Assembly (NCBI GenBank): GCA_041661425.1
Contig: JBAZUI010000002.1
Coordinates: 38-64,037 of the forward strand
Length of the DNA: 64,000 nucleotides
Source: Patescibacteria group bacterium
GTDB taxonomy: Bacteria; Patescibacteriota; Patescibacteriia; UBA9934
Reading direction: 5' to 3'
Positions 19,503 to 28,396 of the stretch are shown here, in pieces (the stretch's first letter is position 1; each line of letters opens with the position of its first letter). Made by a program: the position numbers and the translations under genes. The notes below the pieces were generated by a model. It was not told the origin of the DNA. It searched no databases and saw only the letters and a list, made by a program, of their open reading frames with translations.

Positions 19503-19624
19503 TTGACAAAATCCACATTTTGCCCTAGACTTTCCCCGTACGCATTAATCCTTATTGCTCTGGATCATGGCTTCTCGCTTGAGCGGCGATGGCTAAGATC
19601 CACGAGACGAAATACCCATTTACT
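19503..19624 (+). promoter_or_regulatory. rpsO promoter and structured 5' leader (candidate S15 autoregulatory site)
   Basis: TTGACA-17-TAGACT; leader stem TGGATC...GATCCA. Confidence 0.55.
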
Positions 19625-19897
19625 ATGCTCAGCAAACAGCAAAAGCAAAATATCATCGATAAGTTCAAAGTCCACGATACCGATACCGGTTCTCCACAGG
19701 TCCAAATCGCTATTTTGACCGCAGAAATCAAGGATCTTACAAAACATCTTCGCATGCACAAGAAGGACTTCAGTTCACGACGTGGTCTTGTAAAAAAAGT
19801 CGTTGAACGACGTCGTTTACTCAAATACTTGGAACGGGAAGATAAAAAGGAACACGATACACTCGTTTCCGCGCTCGAACTTCGCATTACTACTTAA
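19625..19897 (+). CDS. rpsO: 30S ribosomal protein S15
   Basis: DTGSPQVQIAILT..I..LTKHL..HKKDFSSRRGL. Confidence 0.97.
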   Translation: MLSKQQKQNIIDKFKVHDTDTGSPQVQIAILTAEIKDLTKHLRMHKKDFSSRRGLVKKVVERRRLLKYLEREDKKEHDTLVSALELRITT

Positions 19898-19900
19898 AAG

Positions 19901-19926
19901 GAAAACCCGTTTTTACGGGTTTTCTT
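19901..19926 (+). terminator. rpsO terminator
   Basis: GAAAACCCGT-tttt-ACGGGTTTTC. Confidence 0.8.
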
Positions 19927-19942
19927 TGTTTTTTTAAAAAAT

Positions 19943-20581
19943 ATGTTATCTACAACTACGCGACGCGTTGGTGTTTTCATTGATGTCCAGAACATGTACT
20001 ACAGCGCACGCAATCTTTTCAATCGCAAGGTCAATTTTGCAACCATCGTCAAAGAAGCCGTGGGGGATGCGCAGCTCATTCGAGCGATCGCCTATACCAT
20101 TTCAACAAAAGGAGGAGAGGAGGAACCATTTTTTGAAGCCCTCCGAAATAATGGAATTGAGGTGAAGTCAAAGGAACTCCAGGAATTCAATTCCGGCGTC
20201 AAAAAAGGGGACTGGGATGTTGGCATTACCGTCGACATCATTCGCATGCTCGATATGCTCGATGTGATCGTGATTGTCTCGGGTGACGGCGATTATATTC
20301 CGCTTGTGCATTTTATTCAAAGCCGAGGGCGCATCGTGCAAGTTGCCTCATTCCGCGAAACAACATCATCAAATCTTGTAAGCGCCTGCGATGAATACTT
20401 GAATCTTTCTGAGAATAAGCGCAAATTCCTGATCATGGATCGCCAGGGCCATATCAAGAAGAACGAAAAAAGCGCTCCCGCTCCAACGGATAAAATCAAT
20501 CCTTTTATCCCGAAGGCTGGAGAGTTCGATCATTCAAGTGCGTTCTCAGATAAGCAAATTGATGACCTTGGAATAATATAA
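19943..20581 (+). CDS. NYN-domain (LabA/DUF88) protein
   Basis: VFIDVQN, KGDWDVGITVD, VSGDGDY. Confidence 0.9.
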   Translation: MLSTTTRRVGVFIDVQNMYYSARNLFNRKVNFATIVKEAVGDAQLIRAIAYTISTKGGEEEPFFEALRNNGIEVKSKELQEFNSGVKKGDWDVGITVDIIRMLDMLDVIVIVSGDGDYIPLVHFIQSRGRIVQVASFRETTSSNLVSACDEYLNLSENKRKFLIMDRQGHIKKNEKSAPAPTDKINPFIPKAGEFDHSSAFSDKQIDDLGII

Positions 20582-20584
20582 AAT

Positions 20585-22789
20585 ATGGATATCAAAACAT
20601 TTTCAACTGAATTCTGCGGAAAAACCCTCACGATTGAGACCGGTCACTTTGCCCAAGCGGCGAATGCAAGCGTTACGGTTCGCATGGGGGATACAACGGT
20701 ACTCGTGACTGCGGTCATGTCGCCGGAAAAAGCTCAAAATCTTGGCTATTTCCCACTCATGGTCGATTTCGAAGAAAAACTTTACGCCGCCGGACGCATT
20801 AAAGGATCACGCTTTATTAAACGCGAAGGCCGACCAACCGATGAAGCGATTCTTGTCGGCCGATTTATTGATCGCGCCATTCGCCCGCTTTTTGACGATC
20901 GCATTCAAAACGAAGTTCAAATTATTGTTTCCGCCCTCTCATTCGATGGCGAAAACGATCCGGATGTTTTGGGTCTTATTGGCGCCTCTTGTGCACTTCA
21001 CATGAGTAATATCCCATGGAATGGCCCGATTGGTGCAGTTCGTGTCAGCCGTCTTGGGGAATCATTCATCATGAGTCCGAGCTATGAACAACGTCTCACA
21101 ACGGAATTTGATCTCGACATTGCCGGCACACATGAAAAAGTTGTGATGATTGAAGCGCGAGGCAAAGAAGCCAAGGAAGAAGAAATCCTCAAGGCCTTTG
21201 AAATGGGACGAGAAGAACTAAAACCAGTTATCAAACTCATTGAAGAGGTGAGAAGTGCGGTTGGAAAAGAAAAACTTGATGTTTTGGCTCCAAAAAACGA
21301 AGAAGAGAAAATTGTCTCTGCACGTCGCAATGAAATCAAAGAAAAAACAATAGAATTCGTCGCCACTCAAATGGATGAATTGTTCTTCGATATTCCAAAA
21401 GCCTCAAAGACAGAACGCGGTCTTGCAAAAACTGAATTGAAGCATCGCCTTGAAGATCACCTCAAAGCACAGGAAGCTACAAAAGATGAAATTTCCTATG
21501 CAACCGGTCTGATTTACGAATTAGTGCAACGCGAGGTTTCAAAACGGATTCTTGAAAAGAAACAACGCGTTGATGGACGAAAGATCGAAGAAATTCGCCC
21601 ACTTTTCGCCGAAGTCGCTGTTCTGCCACGCGTTCATGGATGTGGTCACTTCATGCGTGGCGAAACACAAGTGCTCTCGGTTTGTACGCTCGGTGCGCCT
21701 GGCGATAAACAAACACTCGATGGCATGGAAACCGTTGGAGAAAAGCAATATATGCACCACTACAACTTTCCGCCATTCTCGGTTGGGGAAGCGAAACCGC
21801 TCCGAGGAACCGGGCGTCGAGAAGTTGGTCATGGCGCACTCGCGGAAAAGGCTGTGGAGTGTATGTTACCTGCGAAAGAGGACTTTCCTTATGCGATTCG
21901 TGTCGTTTCCGAAGTCCTCAATTCAAATGGATCAAGTTCCATGGCTTCAACCTGCGCCTCGATCTTAGCGCTTATGGACGCTGGAGTTCCTCTTAAAAAA
22001 CCGGTCGCTGGTATTGCCATTGGCTTGGCTTCAAATGAAAAAGAAAGCCAGGTTATTACCGATATTCAGGATTTGGAGGATGGACCAGGCGGCATGGACT
22101 TTAAGATTACCGGAAGTGCTGATGGAATCACCGCTATTCAGATGGACACAAAAACCGATGGAATTACACATGACATCATCGAGGAAGCGCTTCGACAAGG
22201 AAAAAATGCACGCCTCGAGATCCTCAAGGTCATGACTGATCTTATTGCGGCTCCACGTGCTGAATTATCGCCATTTGCTCCACGTATCTTTACCTTGCAC
22301 ATCAATCCAGAGAAAATTCGCGAGGTCATTGGCCCGGGTGGTAAAATGATCAATGAGATCATTTCAAAAACAGGGGTACAAGCCATTGACATTGAACAGG
22401 ACGGCCTTGTCATGATCACAGCAAAGGACAAAAAATCCGGAGAAGAGGCCTATAATTGGGTTCACAACCTTACGCGAGAAGTCGAAGCTGGTGAAGAATT
22501 CGAAGGTGAAGTCGCGCGTATTATGGATTTCGGGGCATTCGTCACAATTCTTCCCGGAAAAGATGGCCTTGTCCACGTTTCTGAACTCGCTCCATGGCGC
22601 GTTGAAAAAGTCACGGATATTGTCCAACTTGGAAGTCGTGTTCACGTCAAGGTTATCGAAATCGACAGCATGGGTCGAGTCAACCTTTCAATGAAACAGG
22701 CTCAAGGCAATACCTACACAGAAGAAATGAAAGCAAAGGCACAGAAATCATCTTCAAGACCCACAAAACCAATGCCAAAGAAGCACTAA
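20585..22789 (+). CDS. pnp: Polyribonucleotide nucleotidyltransferase
   Basis: RFIDRAIRPLF, HYNFPPFSVGE, SNGSSSMAS, KH (IGPGGK) and S1 domains. Confidence 0.97.
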   Translation: MDIKTFSTEFCGKTLTIETGHFAQAANASVTVRMGDTTVLVTAVMSPEKAQNLGYFPLMVDFEEKLYAAGRIKGSRFIKREGRPTDEAILVGRFIDRAIRPLFDDRIQNEVQIIVSALSFDGENDPDVLGLIGASCALHMSNIPWNGPIGAVRVSRLGESFIMSPSYEQRLTTEFDLDIAGTHEKVVMIEARGKEAKEEEILKAFEMGREELKPVIKLIEEVRSAVGKEKLDVLAPKNEEEKIVSARRNEIKEKTIEFVATQMDELFFDIPKASKTERGLAKTELKHRLEDHLKAQEATKDEISYATGLIYELVQREVSKRILEKKQRVDGRKIEEIRPLFAEVAVLPRVHGCGHFMRGETQVLSVCTLGAPGDKQTLDGMETVGEKQYMHHYNFPPFSVGEAKPLRGTGRREVGHGALAEKAVECMLPAKEDFPYAIRVVSEVLNSNGSSSMASTCASILALMDAGVPLKKPVAGIAIGLASNEKESQVITDIQDLEDGPGGMDFKITGSADGITAIQMDTKTDGITHDIIEEALRQGKNARLEILKVMTDLIAAPRAELSPFAPRIFTLHINPEKIREVIGPGGKMINEIISKTGVQAIDIEQDGLVMITAKDKKSGEEAYNWVHNLTREVEAGEEFEGEVARIMDFGAFVTILPGKDGLVHVSELAPWRVEKVTDIVQLGSRVHVKVIEIDSMGRVNLSMKQAQGNTYTEEMKAKAQKSSSRPTKPMPKKH

Positions 22790-22790
22790 C

Positions 22791-23966
22791 ATGGAAGGAG
22801 ACCTTCAAATTCCACTTGGATCATCCCCAATAACCCGCCGATCTTCTTGGCGGGTTATTTGGATTGCTCCCGCGATTCTTTCAGCAGTTCTTCTTGGATT
22901 CTGTATCTTTTTTTTGGTGAATCGTCTCCATTCAACAGCAAAAATGACGGATTCTACGGCGACGATGACTGTTCGCATCTTCACAAACCCAAAGACAAAA
23001 ACAAATCTAATGAACCACATCGGGAATGAACCATTGTTTGCCAATGCTCCATGGACTTGGAAAGAAGTGCTTACGTCAACGAACAATGAACTGACGGTGA
23101 ATTATCACGAAGCTCTTCCATCATCAATCGTTTTTGATAAGAAAATCTGCTCTCTATGGAGCGAAAAAGTACTCGAGAGTGATTATCTCTGCGAGGAAAC
23201 GAATGGAATGAGTATGATCCATGAAAAAGATGCCACGATTCTTTTAAATTCAAAGGAGCCTCACTTCCTGCCAATTCCCTGGAAAGAAGGCTATTGGTTT
23301 GACCGAGATCTCTCAACAGATACCCGCGGAATGGTGAATATCTCAAAAACCAGTATCTCCTACTCCGGATATCCTGGAGTGACTCTAAAGGATCAGGAAA
23401 AAACCATCGAAGGTAATGCGATCGCGGAAATGACATTCTCAGACGAGTCGCTACCGGGCTTTGAATCAACGAACGGCTCTATTGGCATCAAACAAAACAA
23501 TGAGGAGATGAATATCGAGATCGTTTTTCAGCCTTTTGACATCTCAATCGATCAACTCGCACTTCTTAACAAGAATATTTATTCACAACTCGATTTGGCT
23601 ACCACAGCGTGGACAATGGAAGATGGCTCGACTGTCCAGGAAATAAGAAGTATGAGCGATGACACTGGGGATCCAACCATTGAAACAAATGACAATGAAA
23701 CGATTATTACGCAGAATAATGAAAGTCGCGAGGTCGTCACAAAAGAGAATGATAATCAGGAAATACGAATAATAGCCAATAATGTCGATGTTTTCATGAG
23801 CTCATCTCAGACCTCCAATGAAGATTTCAACATAATCCCCTCACTCTTTCTACAAGAAGTTTTTCAGTCCGTAAGTCGTCTTGAACAGTATCAAGGTTAT
23901 CGAATAACGAATTCTCAGTATTCGAGAATCGTTTTGAAGAACAATCGAGTGATCTGGATCTGGTAA
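22791..23966 (+). CDS. Membrane-anchored hypothetical protein
   Basis: 391-aa ORF abutting pnp, single N-terminal TM. Confidence 0.6.
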   Translation: MEGDLQIPLGSSPITRRSSWRVIWIAPAILSAVLLGFCIFFLVNRLHSTAKMTDSTATMTVRIFTNPKTKTNLMNHIGNEPLFANAPWTWKEVLTSTNNELTVNYHEALPSSIVFDKKICSLWSEKVLESDYLCEETNGMSMIHEKDATILLNSKEPHFLPIPWKEGYWFDRDLSTDTRGMVNISKTSISYSGYPGVTLKDQEKTIEGNAIAEMTFSDESLPGFESTNGSIGIKQNNEEMNIEIVFQPFDISIDQLALLNKNIYSQLDLATTAWTMEDGSTVQEIRSMSDDTGDPTIETNDNETIITQNNESREVVTKENDNQEIRIIANNVDVFMSSSQTSNEDFNIIPSLFLQEVFQSVSRLEQYQGYRITNSQYSRIVLKNNRVIWIW

Positions 23967-23970
23967 AACC

Positions 23971-24007
23971 TGTGGATAAACTATGACCTATCCGAAAGTT
24001 ATCCACA
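23971..24007. promoter_or_regulatory. Inverted pair of perfect DnaA boxes
   Basis: TGTGGATAA 23971-23979; TTATCCACA 23999-24007. Confidence 0.6.
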
Positions 24008-24116
24008 GTTTTTTATTTCAAATTGAACAACAATTGTGCACACCATTAATTTTTTCTTTTACTTAAGCCATTAATTTGATGTTGACATAGTTTGTTCATC
24101 AACATAAAATGTAAGT

Positions 24117-24445
24117 ATAAATTGCTCTTTCAAAAACCCGTAATGTTTAACAACGTTAAGCAAGACACGGGGGAAGTTCCCCGAAGCCCACTCTTCGGGG
24201 TACATCTCGCTTCTTTACTGCACCATTTGTTCAGGGGGGACAATAACTGAACACGGTGACCGCGATACAAGGCTCATTTTCGCGCGAACCAAGGTCCGGT
24301 AGAGAAGGCTGTCATATTTCTGGTATGAGGTCGCAGACCGCATTGGGTACTGAGTTTTGTAGATAGCAAATATCTCCAAAACCCAGTGCCCACCTCGGTT
24401 TCCCCATACCGTCGTGGGCGCTTTCGCCAGGATATATTTTTAAAA
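24117..24445 (+). ncRNA. Candidate structured non-coding RNA, family unassigned
   Basis: TTGACA-17-TAAAAT promoter (24082-24110), several nested hairpins, no credible ORF; ends and strand are inferred. Confidence 0.45.
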
Positions 24446-24525
24446 TAAGCCTGTTTGCATCGCGCCCTTTTATTTTTGCCTTTTTCCAACGGATAGCGTA
24501 TACTTTCTCATATTTCAAAATTCGT

Positions 24526-24897
24526 ATGAAAAAAGAATTTATTGAAGAAATGAAGGTTATCCTTCTTGCGGAGTTACAAAAATTGGAAAAAGGGCTCGGA
24601 GGCTTCGCTCATCGAAATGCAAAAATGGCTGATGATTTTACATCAGACTTTCCTTCCTTTGGCGACGATGAGGACGAAAACGCTTCTGAGGTGGCGACCT
24701 ATACCGATAATCTTTCGCTTGAAAATGCCCTTGAACGCGAGTATCGCGACGTAAAGAACGCGATTAAGCGTATCGAGGACACCAATTACGGCCATTGCAA
24801 ATATTGTAAAGCAGAAATTTCAGAAGATCGTCTTCGTGCGCGTCCAACTTCGACGTCCTGCATTGCCTGTAAAAAAACACTAACCCAGGAACGATAG
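24526..24897 (+). CDS. TraR/DksA C4 zinc-finger protein
   Basis: YGHCKYC..I...RLRARP....CIAC; own TTGCCT-17-TATACT promoter (24476-24504). Confidence 0.9.
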   Translation: MKKEFIEEMKVILLAELQKLEKGLGGFAHRNAKMADDFTSDFPSFGDDEDENASEVATYTDNLSLENALEREYRDVKNAIKRIEDTNYGHCKYCKAEISEDRLRARPTSTSCIACKKTLTQER

Positions 24898-24898
24898 C

Positions 24899-25351
24899 AT
24901 GAAGCGCTTTCTTGCCCTTGGCGCCATTACTGCCATTGGTATCGCGGATGTTTTTGGAAAATACCTGGCCCTTCATTGGCTTCCGATCTTTGACGGAAGC
25001 CATTTTGAATTGCTGAAACTGGAGCTCTATACAAATAAGGGGGCAGTTTTTAGTCTCGATATTCCGCAAATGCTCATTATTATCTTGAGTATTCTCCTCA
25101 TGTTTTTCTTGATTGTTGCCTTTAAAAAACAAATTTTCTCTTGGGACAATTCTCGCATCGGGCTCTTCGCGTCGATCACAGCAATTGAAATCGGGGCTCT
25201 TGGTAATGTTGTGGAACGGATTGCTTCTGGTTATGTCACGGATTACCTCATCTTTTTTAATACTTCCGCCATAAATCTCTCAGATATCCTCATTCTCTCT
25301 GGTATTTTTGGCTTATTCTGGTACTCTAGAAAGAGCGAACCGAAAAATTAA
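24899..25351 (+). CDS. lspA: Signal peptidase II
   Basis: NKGAVFS, GALGNVVER, VTDY, NLSD. Confidence 0.8.
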   Translation: MKRFLALGAITAIGIADVFGKYLALHWLPIFDGSHFELLKLELYTNKGAVFSLDIPQMLIIILSILLMFFLIVAFKKQIFSWDNSRIGLFASITAIEIGALGNVVERIASGYVTDYLIFFNTSAINLSDILILSGIFGLFWYSRKSEPKN

Positions 25352-25377
25352 AAAAACTCCCCAACCAATAATTTGGT

Positions 25378-26898
25378 ATGGGATTTTATTTTATTCGTTC
25401 GTTTTCGCATCTTGGTGTTGATCCGCACCTTGTCGAAATCGAATGTGATATCGCTCCAGGGCTTCCAAAAACGAATATCGTGGGGCTCCCCGATGCGGCG
25501 GTCACAGAGTCGCGTGACCGGGTAAAATCTGCCATTCGAAATAGCGGTTTCTCTTTTCCCCGATCACGTATCACCATCAATTTAGCTCCGGCTGATATCA
25601 AAAAGCAGGGACCGGCTTATGATTTACCCATTGCGCTCGCCATCCTTGCGAAAATGGGCGTTATCAAAGAGCAACTCCTTGAGCCCTATCTCTTTTGTGC
25701 CGAATTAGCGCTTGATGGGACTCTTCGTCCGGTGAACGGTGTTCTTTTGGGAGCACTCCTTGCCAAGGAACGCGGATACAAGGGACTCGTCCTTGCAAAA
25801 GAAAACGCACAAGAAGCTTCGCTTGTTCACGAGGTGAATGTCTATCCCGTCAAAACACTATCCGAGCTCATCGAACAACTGAAAAATGGGACGCTCATGC
25901 CACATCAATCGGGACATGTATTCTCTGAGGTGGCATCAAGCACTGACTTTGCTTGGGTCAAGGGCCAAGAATATGCAAAACGTGCACTCGAAATTGCCGC
26001 GGCAGGTGGACACAATGTTCTCATGATCGGACCTCCCGGTGGAGGAAAAACCATGCTGGCGCGATCGATTCCATCCATTCTTCCTCCACTCCAACGCGAA
26101 GAAGCTCTTGATGTGATAAAAATTCATTCCCTTGCAGGAATCCTCACGCGTGAACTCATTGAATCGTCCACACGTCCGTTTCGCGCCCCTCATCACAGCG
26201 CTTCATCGGTTGCTTTAATTGGCGGGGGAACATGGCCACGGCCGGGAGAGGTCTCGCTCGCGCATCACGGGGTGCTCTTCTTGGATGAATTCCCTGAATT
26301 TCCACGATGCTCAATCGAGAACCTACGCCAGCCACTCGAAGATGGAGTTGTAACGATCTCGTGAGCTTCCGGAACCCTCCAATTCCCAGCCTCATTCTCA
26401 CTCATTGCCGCCATGAACCCATGCCCCTGCGGTTTTTTTGGTGAAATTGGAGCTCAAGAATGTACTTGCACACAAAAACAATTATCGCTCTACGAACATA
26501 AAATCTCCGGGCCAATTTTTGATCGTTTTGATTTATGCGTTCGTGTAAATCGTGTCCCGTTTGAGAAACTAGATGTGGAAGGGGAGCAAGAATCATCAAA
26601 AATCATCCGAGAACGAGTGATTAAAGCTAGAAATATCCAATTGAAACGCTATGATTACGGTGTCTTTAAGACGAATGCTGGGCTTTCATCATCGCATCTT
26701 TCAACATACTGTTCCCTTGAACCGAACACAAAAAAACTGCTTCGCGCCGCTATCGAAACTTCACAACTCTCTGCACGGTCCTATACGCGCATCCTTCGTG
26801 TTGCCCGCACCATTGCCGATCTTGCCGCAAGCGAGCAAATAAAAGAATCGCATCTTGCGGAAGCGATTCAATATCATCCAAAACGGATGCTCCGCTAA
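25378..26898 (+). pseudogene. comM: ComM/YifB Mg-chelatase-like ATPase interrupted by one in-frame TGA (26362-26364)
   Basis: [31 protein letters not shown], then VTIS*ASG..FPA.F.LIAAMNPCPCG in the same frame through to LSAR. Confidence 0.85.
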
Positions 26899-28250
26899 CG
26901 AATATACTCCAATGGATTTTTTGTGGCTCCATTTACTCGTACCTCAAAGTGAAGGTGGGTTCCTGTAGATATTCCCGTTGTTCCACAAATTCCCAATGCC
27001 TGACCCTGCGCAACAGATTGCCCAGTAGTCACGTAAAGAGATTTATGATGCCCATAGCGTGTCACAATTCCATTGTCATGGCTGATTTCAACAAGATATC
27101 CGTAACCATTATACCAACCTGATTTTGTAACAATCCCGTCAGCAGCTGCATAATTTTGATTCGTATAAGCACAGTCAATATCGAGCCCATTATGCTTCCA
27201 ACTATAGTACTGGGTGATAACAAATAGATCAGATGGCCAAATCATACCTCCGGCCCCAGTCACCGTCGTTGTTGATGCGGTTGGCGTTGATGTAAAAATC
27301 TGGCTGATCGCGGTCGTACGAGCAGGAGCGACATAGATGATTTCACCGCCAGGGATCAATAATTGTTCGCCCACCGAGATATCATTTGCGCTCGCAAGTT
27401 TATTGAAAGCAAGAATATCATCAGCCTCAGCATTGTATTTTGAGGCAATTTTCGTGATCGTGTCACCACTTTTCACCGTATGTGACACTCCCGTTACCGG
27501 AAGAATCTTCAGTGTGGCTCCTGGACGAATAATAGACTTCACGGTTAAACTATTCGCCCAAAGAAGTGTATTGAGAGAAATCCCAAATTTCTCAGCAATA
27601 CTCGAAAGGGAATCGCCGGTAAGAACCGTGTACTCCTCAGTTTTTTCTCGAGGAGCGACCGAAGCTGACGACTCAGAGATAGGAAGAGCCACCAAAGAAT
27701 TTCCCCCAACCAGAGTTGTGGTTGTGAGATCGGTATTAATGTCATCGATCCCTCGCGCATAAGAGGAAAGCGCTGATTGCTCTTGATAATGAAGAGCTAC
27801 AAGCTGTTCCGCATTTTCCGGGGTAGCATATTCCTCAACGAGTTCAAGTCCATCCTCGTTGATCATATTATAAAGAAGACTCGTCTGCCCAAAAGTCTCC
27901 GCACGCACGGAATCTGTTCCAAGATTAAGAAGAACAGCAAGAATAATGAGGCTCGCAACTACCAAGTGGATCGTGTGTCTGTTGGCGAGAAAAAATGTAA
28001 ACCGATTTTTTGTTGGACGATCAATACGACCGAGATAACGTCGAAGTCGAAATGTCACGCGGTAGACCGGGATAAAAATCCCGAACAAAAAAGTACGTGC
28101 CAACCATTGAAAGGGGAGAAGAATTGCTCCAAACCCCGAGAGCACGTACGGTTTTACCCGAACGAGAAGCCGGATCATCCGCAGAAGAAAAGAAACAATA
28201 AATTGTTGATATTCGTTTGGTATAAAGTGTTCTAAGCTTAACAAATTCAC
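26895..28250 (-). CDS. LysM-domain M23 peptidase
   Basis: Two LysM repeats (YTVLTGDSLSSIA; HTVKSGDTITKIA); HNGLD, YGH, HLHFEV. Confidence 0.92.
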   Translation of the reverse strand: MNLLSLEHFIPNEYQQFIVSFLLRMIRLLVRVKPYVLSGFGAILLPFQWLARTFLFGIFIPVYRVTFRLRRYLGRIDRPTKNRFTFFLANRHTIHLVVASLIILAVLLNLGTDSVRAETFGQTSLLYNMINEDGLELVEEYATPENAEQLVALHYQEQSALSSYARGIDDINTDLTTTTLVGGNSLVALPISESSASVAPREKTEEYTVLTGDSLSSIAEKFGISLNTLLWANSLTVKSIIRPGATLKILPVTGVSHTVKSGDTITKIASKYNAEADDILAFNKLASANDISVGEQLLIPGGEIIYVAPARTTAISQIFTSTPTASTTTVTGAGGMIWPSDLFVITQYYSWKHNGLDIDCAYTNQNYAAADGIVTKSGWYNGYGYLVEISHDNGIVTRYGHHKSLYVTTGQSVAQGQALGICGTTGISTGTHLHFEVRVNGATKNPLEYIR

Positions 28251-28396
28251 AACTATTGGTCAAGCTATTTTTGTATGTTTTCTTCTATAATTAGCGGAAT
28301 ATCCACATTTAATGGCCCGGGCATTTTTCCATGTATTCCATTTTGGTTTTTTGACAAATCGATATGAATCTCCGTATGATGGGGGAAAATTTTACT

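Larger units (their letters stand above)
17758..19510 (+). repeat. Three-unit tandem array (promoter-leader-gene-hairpin), periods 585/570/587 bp
   Basis: TTCTTGACAAA at 17758, 18343, 18913 and 19500; near-identical promoter/leader and 3' hairpin CGCGCCCCAGCGG...GGGGCGTG in each unit. Confidence 0.92.

Noticed and set aside
16793-19510. Integron, or tRNA-integrated island driven by the recombinase
   Set aside because: The protein looks like a plain XerC/D without an evident IntI insertion, no attC-type sites were seen, and no duplicated tRNA-Arg/His 3' end bounds the region.
17758-19510. CRISPR array or assembly duplication
   Set aside because: Units are ~580 bp and contain diverged intact ORFs; there are no short repeat-spacer units or cas genes.
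24117-24460. RNase P RNA, tmRNA or SRP RNA
   Set aside because: No GAGGAAAGTCC...GGCTTA in the correct order, no tRNA-like CCA end, and only a partial resemblance (AGGTCCGG) to the SRP loop; left unassigned.
26362-26364. UGA recoding (genetic code 25 or selenocysteine)
   Set aside because: The aligned residue is normally Arg, other genes (holA, the xer recombinase, PBP1A) end at TGA, and no other long gene needs readthrough.
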